Under the pieces are notes generated by a model. That model searched no databases, was not told the origin of the DNA, and worked only from the letters and a program-made list of their open reading frames with translations. From the NCBI RefSeq assembly GCF_035456225.1, contig NZ_DATIDM010000161.1:1477-65476 (forward strand): a stretch of 64,000 nt of DNA, written 5' to 3'. The position numbers were made by a program, and so were the translations under genes. Below, in pieces: positions 55,055-64,000 of the stretch; within the stretch, counting starts at the first letter, position 1; each line of letters begins with the position of its first letter. The DNA is from Flavobacterium sp. (GTDB lineage Bacteria > Bacteroidota > Bacteroidia > Flavobacteriales > Flavobacteriaceae).

Positions 55055-56008
55055 TTATAAAAAAATCTTCTTGTATATGTAAGTATTTTTGTAAAAATTT
55101 TTTTTCACATTCCCCCTTGTTTCTTTAGAATAGTAATTATTGACAACTGTGAATATAATATTGATTAAATTGTTGAAAGTTAATTTTTCAGCCTTTATCA
55201 ACCCCTTTACAAATTGAGTATTCACGAAGATCTTTTCTTCATTGTTTAAGACTAAAAAATCATGATCTTTAAAAAAATATTTCCACAATAAACATCTAAA
55301 AACCCTTATAAACCAATAATGAAAAATAAAATCATATGCAGGAACAATAACTGTTCTTGAAAAAGAAACAGACAAAGATAATTGCTCTACTGTTTTGTCT
55401 TTAACAGCATTTTCATCGAGCATGTCAAATATCTTTAAAGCATTGGTCAGCAAATCAATATTTTTGAAACAAACTCCAATAACACCTGAATTCCATACAA
55501 CTGTATCTCCAGATATAGGAGTGCCATTATCCCTAAAAAATTTCAAAAGATTTTCGTTTATCAATAAGTTCTCAAAATTAGAATTAACTCCACTGTTCAA
55601 ATTGTATTCCTGACAATGTAAAACGCAATTTCCTTTTTTGACAGACCTAAATAATTCATTTGAATTCTTAATAAAAAAAGTATCCGAATCCAGAAACAAC
55701 ACAATTGTTTTATATTTCTTTAAAAATTCAATTATCAAAATTATTTTCAACCTGAAGATATTTTGATATTTAATAAGAACTTCGTTTACTAAAGTTGAGT
55801 CAACAAATTCAAATACAACATTATCAAAGCAAGGCATGTTTTCCTTAAAGAAAATAATGTCATCCGTATAAATAATGATTTTACCGAAAAAAAATCTGTT
55901 TGTCTTCTTGAAAGACATAATTGAGCATATAACTTCATAATGACATTTCTCGTTGTTTAAAGAAATGTACATCAAATATTTTTTTCTCGGTAGCAAATGA
56001 AATCCCAT
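55055..56008 (-). CDS. GT8-like nucleotide-diphospho-sugar transferase (hypothetical)
   Basis: 317 aa, very AT-rich. DxD motif (VLFLDSDTFF) and WNSGVIGV resembling the GT8 xNxGVxxx motif. The start may be the internal Met at 55972. Confidence 0.55.
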   Translation of the reverse strand: MGFHLLPRKKYLMYISLNNEKCHYEVICSIMSFKKTNRFFFGKIIIYTDDIIFFKENMPCFDNVVFEFVDSTLVNEVLIKYQNIFRLKIILIIEFLKKYKTIVLFLDSDTFFIKNSNELFRSVKKGNCVLHCQEYNLNSGVNSNFENLLINENLLKFFRDNGTPISGDTVVWNSGVIGVCFKNIDLLTNALKIFDMLDENAVKDKTVEQLSLSVSFSRTVIVPAYDFIFHYWFIRVFRCLLWKYFFKDHDFLVLNNEEKIFVNTQFVKGLIKAEKLTFNNLINIIFTVVNNYYSKETRGNVKKNFYKNTYIYKKIFL

Positions 56009-56092
56009 CGATAATACTATTTTATCTGTCTGAAGTTAACATCAAAGCTTGTACAATAACAAAAACTACATAAATGCAAATAAAGCCTCGTT

Positions 56093-57049
56093 TTAAAATG
56101 AAATATGAGGCAATTGAAATTGAAGAGCCTTTATTTTCTGATTCAGATTTTCCAAAAACTTCTTATGTTGTTCCGAATCCGGATTAAAAGACCTGTGCTG
56201 CAATGCTTTCTGGATTGATGCCACGGTTTCCATTACAGGGTGACATTGTTCGGCGATCATCGTCTGAAAAAAACGTTCCCAGATATAATCGATTCCCGTT
56301 TGGTTGGGATGCAGCATGTCTTCGGCATAAAAACGATAATCCCGGAGTTCATCCATCAGGATTTCGTAACTCGGAAAATAAATAGTGTTCGGCGAGCCGT
56401 GTTCCGTTAGCAGTACTGAATGCAAAGCGGTTATCAGATGGGATTTGCTCAACTGATTTTCAACAAAACCATCTTTGATGTGCCTCACCGGTGAAACGGT
56501 AAAAATGAATTTACAATCGGGATTAATTTCCGTTATCGATGCGATTATCTTTTGCAGACTCTCTTCAATCGTAACTACCGAAAGTAATTCCTTGGTAAAA
56601 GCTCTTTGTGGCACTTTATGACAATTGGCAACGATTTCACCAGTAGTATTATTGCGATACACCCATGCTGTTCCCAGAGTAATCGTAATGTGAGTAGCAT
56701 GGATTAAATCATTTCGAAAGTTTTCCACTATGGTATTGAGCCTGTGGAGCAAGGCTTCCTTCTCTTGTGAATCTAATTCGGAATGCACATCAAAAGAATG
56801 CCATAAGTCATTGTGAAAGAAAATATCGTCTTGCGAAAAATTTGTCCCTGAAGCTGTTTTCCGAATTATTTTCTCGATGGAAACCGGATTAAAAATGATT
56901 CCGAAGGGATTGACCGTATGCTGAAATTTGAAGTAATCGAATTTTTCGCCGATGTTTTCAGCAAAACAAGAACCCAAAGACACTATTCTTGAAGCGTAGT
57001 CAATGGGATTGCTACTTTTAGGAATAGGTATTTGGGTTCTGAAATGCAT
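56093..57049 (-). CDS. GSCFA-domain protein
   Basis: 318 aa with the eponymous motif (VSLGSCFAENIG). Confidence 0.8.
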   Translation of the reverse strand: MHFRTQIPIPKSSNPIDYASRIVSLGSCFAENIGEKFDYFKFQHTVNPFGIIFNPVSIEKIIRKTASGTNFSQDDIFFHNDLWHSFDVHSELDSQEKEALLHRLNTIVENFRNDLIHATHITITLGTAWVYRNNTTGEIVANCHKVPQRAFTKELLSVVTIEESLQKIIASITEINPDCKFIFTVSPVRHIKDGFVENQLSKSHLITALHSVLLTEHGSPNTIYFPSYEILMDELRDYRFYAEDMLHPNQTGIDYIWERFFQTMIAEQCHPVMETVASIQKALQHRSFNPDSEQHKKFLENLNQKIKALQFQLPHISF

Positions 57050-57085
57050 ACTAAGTTTAGTTTAATGCAAACTTAGTAATTTTTA

Positions 57086-57874
57086 TTAATAGTAGTATTG
57101 GAATACTATAGATCCTCTGCTGGCAGTAACCGGATAATTGGTGTTATTGTACGTATACTGAATCTGATCATTTACTGAATTTGCGGCCGAAACCCCAGTG
57201 GTGGAAATCGAAGTGATATTATTCATATTTCCGTTTAAAGCGGTATCATGATACGTTAACTTATCGAATCCAAGTATACCTTTATAAGGGGAATTTTTGG
57301 TGTCGTAGGTGTAATTATTAACTTCCGTAACAGGGCTTCCGTTAACGGTTCTGTAGGTTTCCATGCTGGAAATTCTTCCGTTTGTAAAGAACACTTTTCT
57401 GTTTACAATCTGTGCGCTTGTTGAAACGACATCACCACGATAACCTGCCACAGAAACAGTCCCGTCACTATTGTAACTAAATGTAGCTCGGTACGTAACC
57501 GTATTGACAGCATTCACTCTTCGGTAATTAATCAACCGATTGTCTACATTATACTCATACAACTCTTTAGAGTTCAAAACATTATCGGTAAAATAATCTC
57601 GTTCCGTAATAAGGTTCCCGGTATATACATAATCGACATGTCTTCCATCCGAAGAAGTCACTCTGACAAGCTTACTACCACTGTAGGTATAATTATCTGT
57701 AGAAACACTGGTTCCGGAATTGGTAGTTGCCACAATTCTTTTTACCAGAGGCAAATTTGGATTTAATTTAGCATCGGTTTCTGAATCAGAAATAGTATCA
57801 ACAAATTCATCATTAGAACACGAAGCCAGGAGCGCTATCGCAATCATCCCTAAAACACTACTAAGTCTTTTCAT
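57086..57874 (-). CDS. YD-repeat-like lipoprotein, paralog 1 of 4
   Basis: 262 aa. Lipobox (LLASCS). Repeated YxYxGxxL-type hairpin motifs (YTYSGSKLVRV, YVYTGNLITE, YEYNVDNRLINY, FSYNSDGTVSV). Ends IVFQYYY. Confidence 0.75.
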   Translation of the reverse strand: MKRLSSVLGMIAIALLASCSNDEFVDTISDSETDAKLNPNLPLVKRIVATTNSGTSVSTDNYTYSGSKLVRVTSSDGRHVDYVYTGNLITERDYFTDNVLNSKELYEYNVDNRLINYRRVNAVNTVTYRATFSYNSDGTVSVAGYRGDVVSTSAQIVNRKVFFTNGRISSMETYRTVNGSPVTEVNNYTYDTKNSPYKGILGFDKLTYHDTALNGNMNNITSISTTGVSAANSVNDQIQYTYNNTNYPVTASRGSIVFQYYY

Positions 57875-58106
57875 AATTTTTTAAGTTTTTGATTAAACTT
57901 TAGCAAAGAAATAAAAAAATTGACAACGAATATGCATTTTAACGATTTTTTTTGACTTTAATCGATTAATTATCAGTTGGTTATGTAAAAATCCTGTTAA
58001 AAAACAATTGTATTACTTTCCGAAGTGCATCTAAAGGCCGCTAAAATAACGTTATAAAGGAAAAAAAATCATAATATTTATACAAAATACTGATTTACAA
58101 CAAAAT

Positions 58107-58140
58107 AAAAAACCCAAATCGAATTGATTTGGGTTTTTTA
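58107..58140 (-). terminator. Terminator of lipoprotein paralog 2 (shared hairpin family)
   Basis: aaaaaacccaaatcgaattgatttgggtttttt. Confidence 0.8.
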
Positions 58141-58155
58141 TTATATTAAAGTAAA

Positions 58156-58944
58156 CTATTCGTAGAAATATTCAAAAATCAAAGAAGGACCATTATTATC
58201 CCTAGGATCTACAGCTGTCGCTTTTGACAAAAAATTATCTGTATTATAAACATTTACCATTTCGTCTACATCTACAACATCATTAACAGAACTAGCATAT
58301 GTGATTGTCGTTACATTATGAATATTTTGAAAATTTCCCTGATCATAAAAAGCTAATTTATCATACCCCAAGATTAGACTCGTAGGTGCATTTGCCGAAT
58401 CATAAGTATAATTTGTAGACAACGTTTCCAAATTCCCGTCAATAAACATATAACTTTCAATTTTACTCACCAATCCGTTTTCAAAAAAAACCTTTTTATT
58501 AAGATCGGTAGGCGTATCTTGATTAACCGAATCGCCGGTATAAGCAGAAATTGAAATTGTTCCGTCATTATTATAAGTATACACGACTTTATATCCTGTA
58601 TTACCCCTTATTTGTTTACGGGCAATTAACTCATTGTCATTATTATACTCGAGAAAATTAACCTCTTCCAAAACATTATTCTGAAAAAATTCAATCTTAG
58701 TTATTAATTCACCGGTATAAGTATATTTAAAATAGCTCCCATCAGACGAAACCATTCTGGTTAACTTATTACCATCATAGTAATAATCTTGGGTAGTATT
58801 ACCAGTGGCTCCAAAATTTGCCGTCGCTCTCTTTAATTTAGTCCCATTTATATTAAAGCCTGAATCGGAAGAAGCTCCACCATCATCTGAACAAGAAGAA
58901 ATTAACAATACTAAAACGCTGAATAGACTAAAAAGCTTTTTCAT
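58156..58944 (-). CDS. YD-repeat-like lipoprotein, paralog 2 of 4
   Basis: 262 aa. Lipobox (LISSCS). Same motif series (YYYDGNKLTRM, YTYTGELITK, LEYNNDNELIA, YTYNNDGTISI). Ends LIFEYFYE. Confidence 0.75.
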   Translation of the reverse strand: MKKLFSLFSVLVLLISSCSDDGGASSDSGFNINGTKLKRATANFGATGNTTQDYYYDGNKLTRMVSSDGSYFKYTYTGELITKIEFFQNNVLEEVNFLEYNNDNELIARKQIRGNTGYKVVYTYNNDGTISISAYTGDSVNQDTPTDLNKKVFFENGLVSKIESYMFIDGNLETLSTNYTYDSANAPTSLILGYDKLAFYDQGNFQNIHNVTTITYASSVNDVVDVDEMVNVYNTDNFLSKATAVDPRDNNGPSLIFEYFYE

Positions 58945-59013
58945 TTTATTTTTTTAAATTTTAACAAAAAAAAGAAAAAAAACACCTCTAGACAAATGGT
59001 TTTATAAAAAAAG

Positions 59014-59045
59014 AAAACCCAAATCAAATTGATTTGGGTCTTTTA
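59014..59045 (-). terminator. Terminator of lipoprotein paralog 3 (shared hairpin family)
   Basis: aaaacccaaatcaaattgatttgggtctttt. Confidence 0.8.
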
Positions 59046-59064
59046 TTATTTCATATAGATAAAG

Positions 59065-59847
59065 TTATTCATAGAAATATTGAACAGCAATTACATGTTC
59101 GGAACCTTGCTGTGTCTCTGTTTCTGTTATCGGATAATTTTGAGAGTTATAAGTATACACTGTACTTGAAATTGGCTGATTTACACCTAAAGTAGTAGTG
59201 TGTAGATTACTTGTCATATTATTTAAATAATTTGTTCCATAATCTGTAAATGCAAACCAAATTTTATCATACCCCTTAACATTTTTCATCGGTTGATTTT
59301 TATCGTCATAAGTATAAGTATGTGTTATTGTATGAGCAGGTGTACCATCAAATTCCGGTGCATATTCCTCAATCTTATCAGAGTAAATTTTCCCTTCTCT
59401 GTAAAATTCAGTTTGTGAAGAAACATCTCCTGTAAATTCTTCATAAGAAACAGTTCCATCAGAATTGTGGGTATATAACACCTTGGAACTTCCACCGCCT
59501 TCGCCTAAATAATCAAGCCATTTGGCCTCGATTAATTTACTTTCACTATTATAGGTATAGACAAAAGCTTCATACCTAGCATCATTTTCATCAAAAGATT
59601 CAGATTTAGTAATCAAATCCCCTGAATAAGTATAAACTTCATATGTTCCGTCATCATTCGTTATTCTTTGCAACTTGTCGCCGTTGTAGGTTAAAATACT
59701 TGTAGTAACAGCTCCATCCCAATCTGTTTCTATAATTTTTTTCAATAAAACAGTAGCTGAAGAATCATTCGAAGAACTGTCGCTGTCACTTGAACATGAC
59801 GCGAATAAAAGTGCCAACGCACTAAAAGCGTAAATAAGTTTTTTCAT
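59065..59847 (-). CDS. YD-repeat-like lipoprotein, paralog 3 of 4
   Basis: Start moved to ATG 59847 (MKKLIYAFSALALLFASCSSDSDS...), giving 260 aa. Ends IAVQYFYE. Confidence 0.75.
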   Translation of the reverse strand: MKKLIYAFSALALLFASCSSDSDSSSNDSSATVLLKKIIETDWDGAVTTSILTYNGDKLQRITNDDGTYEVYTYSGDLITKSESFDENDARYEAFVYTYNSESKLIEAKWLDYLGEGGGSSKVLYTHNSDGTVSYEEFTGDVSSQTEFYREGKIYSDKIEEYAPEFDGTPAHTITHTYTYDDKNQPMKNVKGYDKIWFAFTDYGTNYLNNMTSNLHTTTLGVNQPISSTVYTYNSQNYPITETETQQGSEHVIAVQYFYE

Positions 59848-59920
59848 AAAAATTTTGATAAATATTTTTTTACAAATAAAAGAAGTATTACTGTTATAAA
59901 AAAGCCAGCTTTTGTTAAAT

Positions 59921-59952
59921 AAAAAACCCAAATCAAATTGATTTGGGTTTTT
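59921..59952 (-). terminator. Terminator of lipoprotein paralog 4 (shared hairpin family)
   Basis: aaaaaacccaaatcaaattgatttgggttttt. Confidence 0.8.
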
Positions 59953-59972
59953 ATTATTTCATATAGATAAAA

Positions 59973-60773
59973 TTATTCGTAGAAGTATTGAGCATTTATA
60001 ACATCTTGTGATCCCATTCCATCTGAATCTGAATTTAGGACGGAACTTATTGGATAATTCGTTGCGTTATATACATACGTAGTGTTGTCTGTAACAGCTT
60101 CATTTGATGACAACGCATATGAAATTCGGTTCTGACTGCGTCCAAAAGACTCATATTCGCCGGCAACTTCAAAAGCTATTTTGCTAAATCCTGTCACATT
60201 TTTAAAAGGACTGTTCTTGCCATCAAAAGAACTAACACGGGTATAATTTATAACTCCACCTGACATTGACTTTTCTACAACTTCACCATCTTGCAATTGT
60301 AAAGTTCCTGTATAAGTTGCATAATTAGCATTACCTATTAAATCTTCCGTCTCTCTTGTAAAAGAAACCGTATTATCAGCATTATAAGTATAAGTTGTCG
60401 TTCTTTCAGTTTCATCATCACGCTTCTTGTATACAACTAAAGCATCTGTTTCGTTATATTCAAAAAGATCCTGATAAATCAAAGTATTTAAATCAGTATA
60501 ATATTCAATTTTGGTAATTAAATCTCCAGTATAATAATACATAGCATAACCACCAACTGAATAATCAGCTCTGGTTAATTTTGTCCCATTATAAGAGTAC
60601 AAAATTGTTGAATTATAATAATCCCCTGGATCTGCATTCTCTGAACTATAAATTATTTTTTTTATCAAAGTTGCACTTGAGGAATTGTCAGCAGTATTGT
60701 CGCTGTCGCTGTCACTTGAACATGAAGCGAATAAAAGTGCTAATGCACTGAAAACATAAAGGAATTTTTTCAT
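59973..60773 (-). CDS. YD-repeat-like lipoprotein, paralog 4 of 4
   Basis: Start moved to ATG 60773 (MKKFLYVFSALALLFASCSSDSDS...), giving 266 aa. The ORF-track extension would read through the alaS terminator. Ends INAQYFYE. Confidence 0.75.
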   Translation of the reverse strand: MKKFLYVFSALALLFASCSSDSDSDNTADNSSSATLIKKIIYSSENADPGDYYNSTILYSYNGTKLTRADYSVGGYAMYYYTGDLITKIEYYTDLNTLIYQDLFEYNETDALVVYKKRDDETERTTTYTYNADNTVSFTRETEDLIGNANYATYTGTLQLQDGEVVEKSMSGGVINYTRVSSFDGKNSPFKNVTGFSKIAFEVAGEYESFGRSQNRISYALSSNEAVTDNTTYVYNATNYPISSVLNSDSDGMGSQDVINAQYFYE

Positions 60774-60850
60774 TTGTTTTTTTTTAGTTATTCTTACAAA
60801 ATAAAACTTAAAATGAATAATAAAAAAGCCAATCCACAGCGAATTTGTTA

Positions 60851-60885
60851 TAAAAAAAGCCCAAATCGATAACAATTTGGGCTTC
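60851..60885 (-). terminator. alaS terminator (variant of the same hairpin family)
   Basis: aaaaaaagcccaaatcgataacaatttgggcttc. On the minus strand the hairpin is followed by a T-run. Confidence 0.8.
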
Positions 60886-60905
60886 AATTAAATATAATCA
60901 AAATC

Positions 60906-63542
60906 TTACTTCACAAATTCAACCGCTTTTTCCAAGGCTTCTTTAATTCCTCCTACATTTTTACCTCCGGCTGTTGCGAAGAACGGTTGTCCTCCTCCGC
61001 CACCCTGGATGTATTTCCCAAGTTCACGAACCACTTGTCCTGCATTTAAGCCTTTGCTTTCCACTAATTCTTTTGAGATGTAAGACGTCAGCATCGGTTT
61101 ATCATCTGCGGCTGTTGCTAAAACCAGGAACAAATTATCTTTGTTTTGTCCTAACTCGTATGCCAGATCTTTAGCGCCGTTGGCATCCAAATCAACTTGT
61201 ATCGCTAAGAAATCAATTCCGTTGATATTTTGCAATTGAGCAACCAATTCCCCTTTCAGGTTTTTCGCTTTCTCTTTCAGCAATTGCTCAATCTGTTTTT
61301 TCAGTTTCGTATTTTCGTCCTGTAAAGAAACTACCGACTTGATTACGTCCTGTGGATTTTTCAATGTCTCTTTAATTTCTTTTAAAGCCAACTCCTGAGC
61401 CGCAAAGAACTGTTTCACCGCATCATTCGTAATCGCTTCAACACGACGGATTCCAGCCGCTACTGCTCCTTCGCTTGTAATTTTGAAATGCCAGATTTCA
61501 GCTGTATTCTTCACATGAATTCCTCCACACAACTCCATGCTTTCTCCGAATTTGATCGCACGAACATTATCGCCATATTTTTCTCCGAATAATGCCATTG
61601 CACCTTCTTCAATTGCCTGCTCGAACGGAATACTTCTTCTTTCGATCAGCGGCAATTGCTCCTGAATTCTCGCGTTCACGAAATCTTCCACCTTTTGTAA
61701 TTCTTCATCGGTCACTTTTGCGAAATGCGAGAAGTCGAAACGCAGGTAATTAGGTGCTACCAACGATCCTTTCTGCTCCACGTGTGTTCCTAAAACCGAA
61801 CGCAATGCCTGGTGCAACAAGTGTGTAGCCGAGTGGTTACTCGCTGTATGATTTCTTAAATCTGTATTTACTTTTGCCACTAAAGTACCGTTTACATTTT
61901 CCGGTAAGCTTTTAGCAAAATGCAGAATTAAGTTATTCTCTTTTTTAGTGTCAATGATTTCGATAGTTTCATTTGCCGATACCAAAGTACCTTTATCACC
62001 AACCTGACCTCCTCCTTCCGGATAGAACGGCGTGTTGTTTAATACGATTTGATATAATTTTCCGTCTTTTTTGGAATCTACTTTACGGAATCGTGTAATT
62101 TTCACCTCGTTCTCCGTTTGATCGTAACCTACAAAAGTTTCTACATTTCCGGGAACCAAGATGTTCCAGTCTTCAGTTGAAACTTCCGAAGCCGCACGCG
62201 AACGGTCTTTTTGTTTTTTTAACTCGGCTTCAAATTCCGCTTCATTATAGGAATACCCTTTTTCTTTTAAGATAAGGGCCGTTAAGTCTTTCGGGAATCC
62301 GAATGTATCGTACAATTCGAATACTTTTTCACCTTTAACTTCTTTGCCTTGCGTTTCAGCAACAACCTTTTCCAATAACTGCAACCCTTGATCCAAAGTT
62401 CTTAAGAAAGACGCTTCTTCTTCTTTGATTACGTTGGATACCAAATTTTTCTGAGCCACAATCTCCGGAAAGAAAGCCCCCATTTGGTTACTCAACACCT
62501 CAACTAACTGATAGATGAAAGGTTCTTTCGTATTTAGGAACGTAAATCCGTAGCGGATAGCACGACGTAAAATACGACGGATTACATAGCCGGCACCACC
62601 GTTTGAAGGCAACTGACCATCGGCAATAGCAAACGCTACCGCACGAACGTGGTCTACAATTACACGAATGGCAATATTGGTTTTGTTTTGCTCTTCGCTG
62701 ATGTCTTTTATTTCGTTACTGGTATATTTTTTACCTGTGATTTGTTCTACTTTTTCGATTAGCGGCGTAAACACATCGGTATCGTAATTCGAGGTTACGC
62801 TTTGCATCGCCATACACAAACGCTCGAAGCCCATTCCGGTATCTACGTGTTGTGCCGGAAGTTTTTCCAATGAACCATCCGCTTTACGGTTGAATTCCAT
62901 GAATACGTTGTTCCAGATTTCCACTACCTGCGGATGATCGGCGTTTACCAAGTCACGACCTGAAACAGCTGCTCTTTCGGCATCGGTGCGTAAGTCGATG
63001 TGGATTTCAGAACATGGTCCGCACGGCCCTTGGTCACCCATTTCCCAGAAGTTGTCTTTTTTGTTTCCTAAAATGATACGATCTTCTGAAACATATTGCT
63101 TCCAGATATCGAAAGCGTCTTGGTCGAACGGCACATTTTCTGAAGGATTCCCTTCAAACACGGAAACATACAAACGGTCTTTTTCCAGTTTCAACACTTC
63201 TGTCAAGAATTCCCAAGCCCAAGCCAACGCCTCTTTTTTGAAGTAATCGCCAAACGACCAGTTCCCTAACATTTCGAACATGGTGTGATGGTAGGTATCA
63301 AAACCTACGTCTTCCAAGTCGTTGTGCTTTCCGGATACACGAAGACATTTTTGCGTATCGGCTATTCTTGGTGATTTTGGTGTTCCGTTCCCAAGGAAGA
63401 ACTCTTTAAACTGCGCCATCCCGGAATTGTTAAACATCAAAGTCGGATCGTCTTTTAAAACAATCGGTGCAGAGGGCACAATTAAGTGTCCTTTGCTTTC
63501 AAAAAAATCAAGGTAAGCCTTACGAATGTCTTGTGATTTCAT
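60906..63542 (-). CDS. alaS: Alanine--tRNA ligase
   Basis: Start moved to ATG 63542 ([19 protein letters not shown]...), giving 878 aa. Class II AlaRS core, editing domain (HSATHLLH) and C-terminal DHHA1-like GGGGQ. Confidence 0.95.
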   Translation of the reverse strand: MKSQDIRKAYLDFFESKGHLIVPSAPIVLKDDPTLMFNNSGMAQFKEFFLGNGTPKSPRIADTQKCLRVSGKHNDLEDVGFDTYHHTMFEMLGNWSFGDYFKKEALAWAWEFLTEVLKLEKDRLYVSVFEGNPSENVPFDQDAFDIWKQYVSEDRIILGNKKDNFWEMGDQGPCGPCSEIHIDLRTDAERAAVSGRDLVNADHPQVVEIWNNVFMEFNRKADGSLEKLPAQHVDTGMGFERLCMAMQSVTSNYDTDVFTPLIEKVEQITGKKYTSNEIKDISEEQNKTNIAIRVIVDHVRAVAFAIADGQLPSNGGAGYVIRRILRRAIRYGFTFLNTKEPFIYQLVEVLSNQMGAFFPEIVAQKNLVSNVIKEEEASFLRTLDQGLQLLEKVVAETQGKEVKGEKVFELYDTFGFPKDLTALILKEKGYSYNEAEFEAELKKQKDRSRAASEVSTEDWNILVPGNVETFVGYDQTENEVKITRFRKVDSKKDGKLYQIVLNNTPFYPEGGGQVGDKGTLVSANETIEIIDTKKENNLILHFAKSLPENVNGTLVAKVNTDLRNHTASNHSATHLLHQALRSVLGTHVEQKGSLVAPNYLRFDFSHFAKVTDEELQKVEDFVNARIQEQLPLIERRSIPFEQAIEEGAMALFGEKYGDNVRAIKFGESMELCGGIHVKNTAEIWHFKITSEGAVAAGIRRVEAITNDAVKQFFAAQELALKEIKETLKNPQDVIKSVVSLQDENTKLKKQIEQLLKEKAKNLKGELVAQLQNINGIDFLAIQVDLDANGAKDLAYELGQNKDNLFLVLATAADDKPMLTSYISKELVESKGLNAGQVVRELGKYIQGGGGGQPFFATAGGKNVGGIKEALEKAVEFVK

Positions 63543-63615
63543 TTTTTTATTTATTTCGGCGATGTGATTCGCACTAATTTTATTTCGATTCAAAAAGGTA
63601 AAATGGCTGTTCTCC

Positions 63616-63735
63616 TAGCCCTGATTGGAGAGGAAATCCTGGCATTGGGAGATTGTCCGGCAAGCTCGCAATGACAGATTACAACGGAAAGCAGGAATAT
63701 GGATTACAAATAAGCCAAATGTTTCGCTTCAAAAA
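63616..63735 (+). repeat. ~100-bp REP/MITE-like element, copy C
   Basis: tagccctgattggagaggaaatcctggcattgggagattgtccggcaagctcgcaatgacagattacaacggaaagcaggaatatggattacaaataagccaaatgtttcgcttc. Aligns with the reverse complement of 43934-44050. Confidence 0.85.
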
Positions 63736-63835
63736 ATCAATTGCTTTGAAACATTTTTTAAATTTGTTCGTATAACCCCTACAACCGATTAACCAACACC
63801 ATTTTACAAGCAGCAAAAATAGTATATTTTAGAAC

Positions 63836-64000
63836 ATGTCGAAGGTAAAATATATTTATGATTCCGAAAAATTGGCCTTTCTCAAAATCAAGCCGAAGAA
63901 AGGGCGAAAGTTGGGCTATTTTGCCTTGTTTTTGGTGGCTTCGGCCTTGTTTGGCTTTTTGTGTTTTGTGATACTTTTGAACACCTCGTATTTCGAAACC
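63836..64000 (+). CDS. Membrane-anchored protein, N-terminal fragment (M23-peptidase-like gene start; continues beyond window)
   Basis: Manual translation gives MSKVKYIYDSEKLAFLKIKPKKGRKLGYFALFLVASALFGFLCFVILLNTSYFET with one TM helix. The function call rests only on resemblance to the N-termini of M23 peptidases. Confidence 0.4.
   Translation, partial: MSKVKYIYDSEKLAFLKIKPKKGRKLGYFALFLVASALFGFLCFVILLNTSYFET

Noticed and set aside
57050-57085. Hairpin ctaagttt-N10-aaacttag between lipoprotein paralog 1 and GSCFA as a terminator
   Set aside because: On the coding (minus) strand it is not followed by a T-run, and it abuts the GSCFA start codon. It is more likely incidental or a weak attenuator.
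57086-60773. Whether the YD-like lipoproteins are Rhs/polymorphic toxins
   Set aside because: They are only about 260 aa. They have no Rhs core with a PxxxxDPxGL-type cleavage motif, no C-terminal toxin domain and no adjacent small immunity genes.

Overview
This 64-kb window reads as a chromosomal segment of a Flavobacterium-type Bacteroidota genome. The evidence is a SusC/SusD pair, T9SS C-terminal sorting domains, TAnnTTTG -7 promoter boxes, leaders without Shine-Dalgarno sequences, and several short intergenic repeat families. I recognised no rRNA, tRNA, CRISPR array, transposase, integrase or phage gene. No database or structure search was possible, so all family assignments rest on motifs read by eye and all novelty statements are hypotheses.

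Layout:
(1) 1-12.5 kb: housekeeping genes. These are susD/susC-like, rnhB, lipB, lysS, hemL, a LysM glucosaminidase and an ACC-deaminase-like enzyme.
(2) 12.6-30.5 kb: an accessory cell-surface locus. A 602-aa protein and two giant proteins (1770 and 1945 aa), all T9SS cargo, share one ~585-aa C-terminal module. They are followed by two secreted tail-fibre-like paralogs with a common N-terminal module, then a mini HExxH protein.
(3) 30.5-35.2 kb: hutU, a DUF4136 lipoprotein, a group III truncated globin and a TPR lipoprotein.
(4) 35.2-52.5 kb: one co-directional minus-strand block of 16 genes. The order is TetR, paaE-A-B-C-D-G-H-I-J-Z, a crotonase, paaY, then a 2-oxoacid dehydrogenase E2, a branched-chain aminotransferase and a fused E1 alpha/beta. 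No paaK is present in the window. PaaZ carries an extra DinB/DUF1569-like domain.
(5) 52.5-60.9 kb: rhodanese, DUF4230, then a visibly AT-richer glycosyltransferase islet. The islet holds a SunS-like GT2-TPR, a 46-aa lipoprotein-like mini-ORF and a GT8-like enzyme. GSCFA follows, then a tandem array of four paralogous YD-repeat-like lipoproteins, three of them followed by a copy of the same terminator hairpin.
(6) 60.9-64 kb: alaS and the start of an M23-like gene.

Most noteworthy candidates:
- the surface locus at 12.6-30.2 kb
- the paa cluster with an attached aminotransferase/2-oxoacid-dehydrogenase 'feeder' and the tri-domain PaaZ
- the glycosyltransferase islet plus lipoprotein array
- the 6-7-nt tandem repeat arrays that fill the intercistronic leaders
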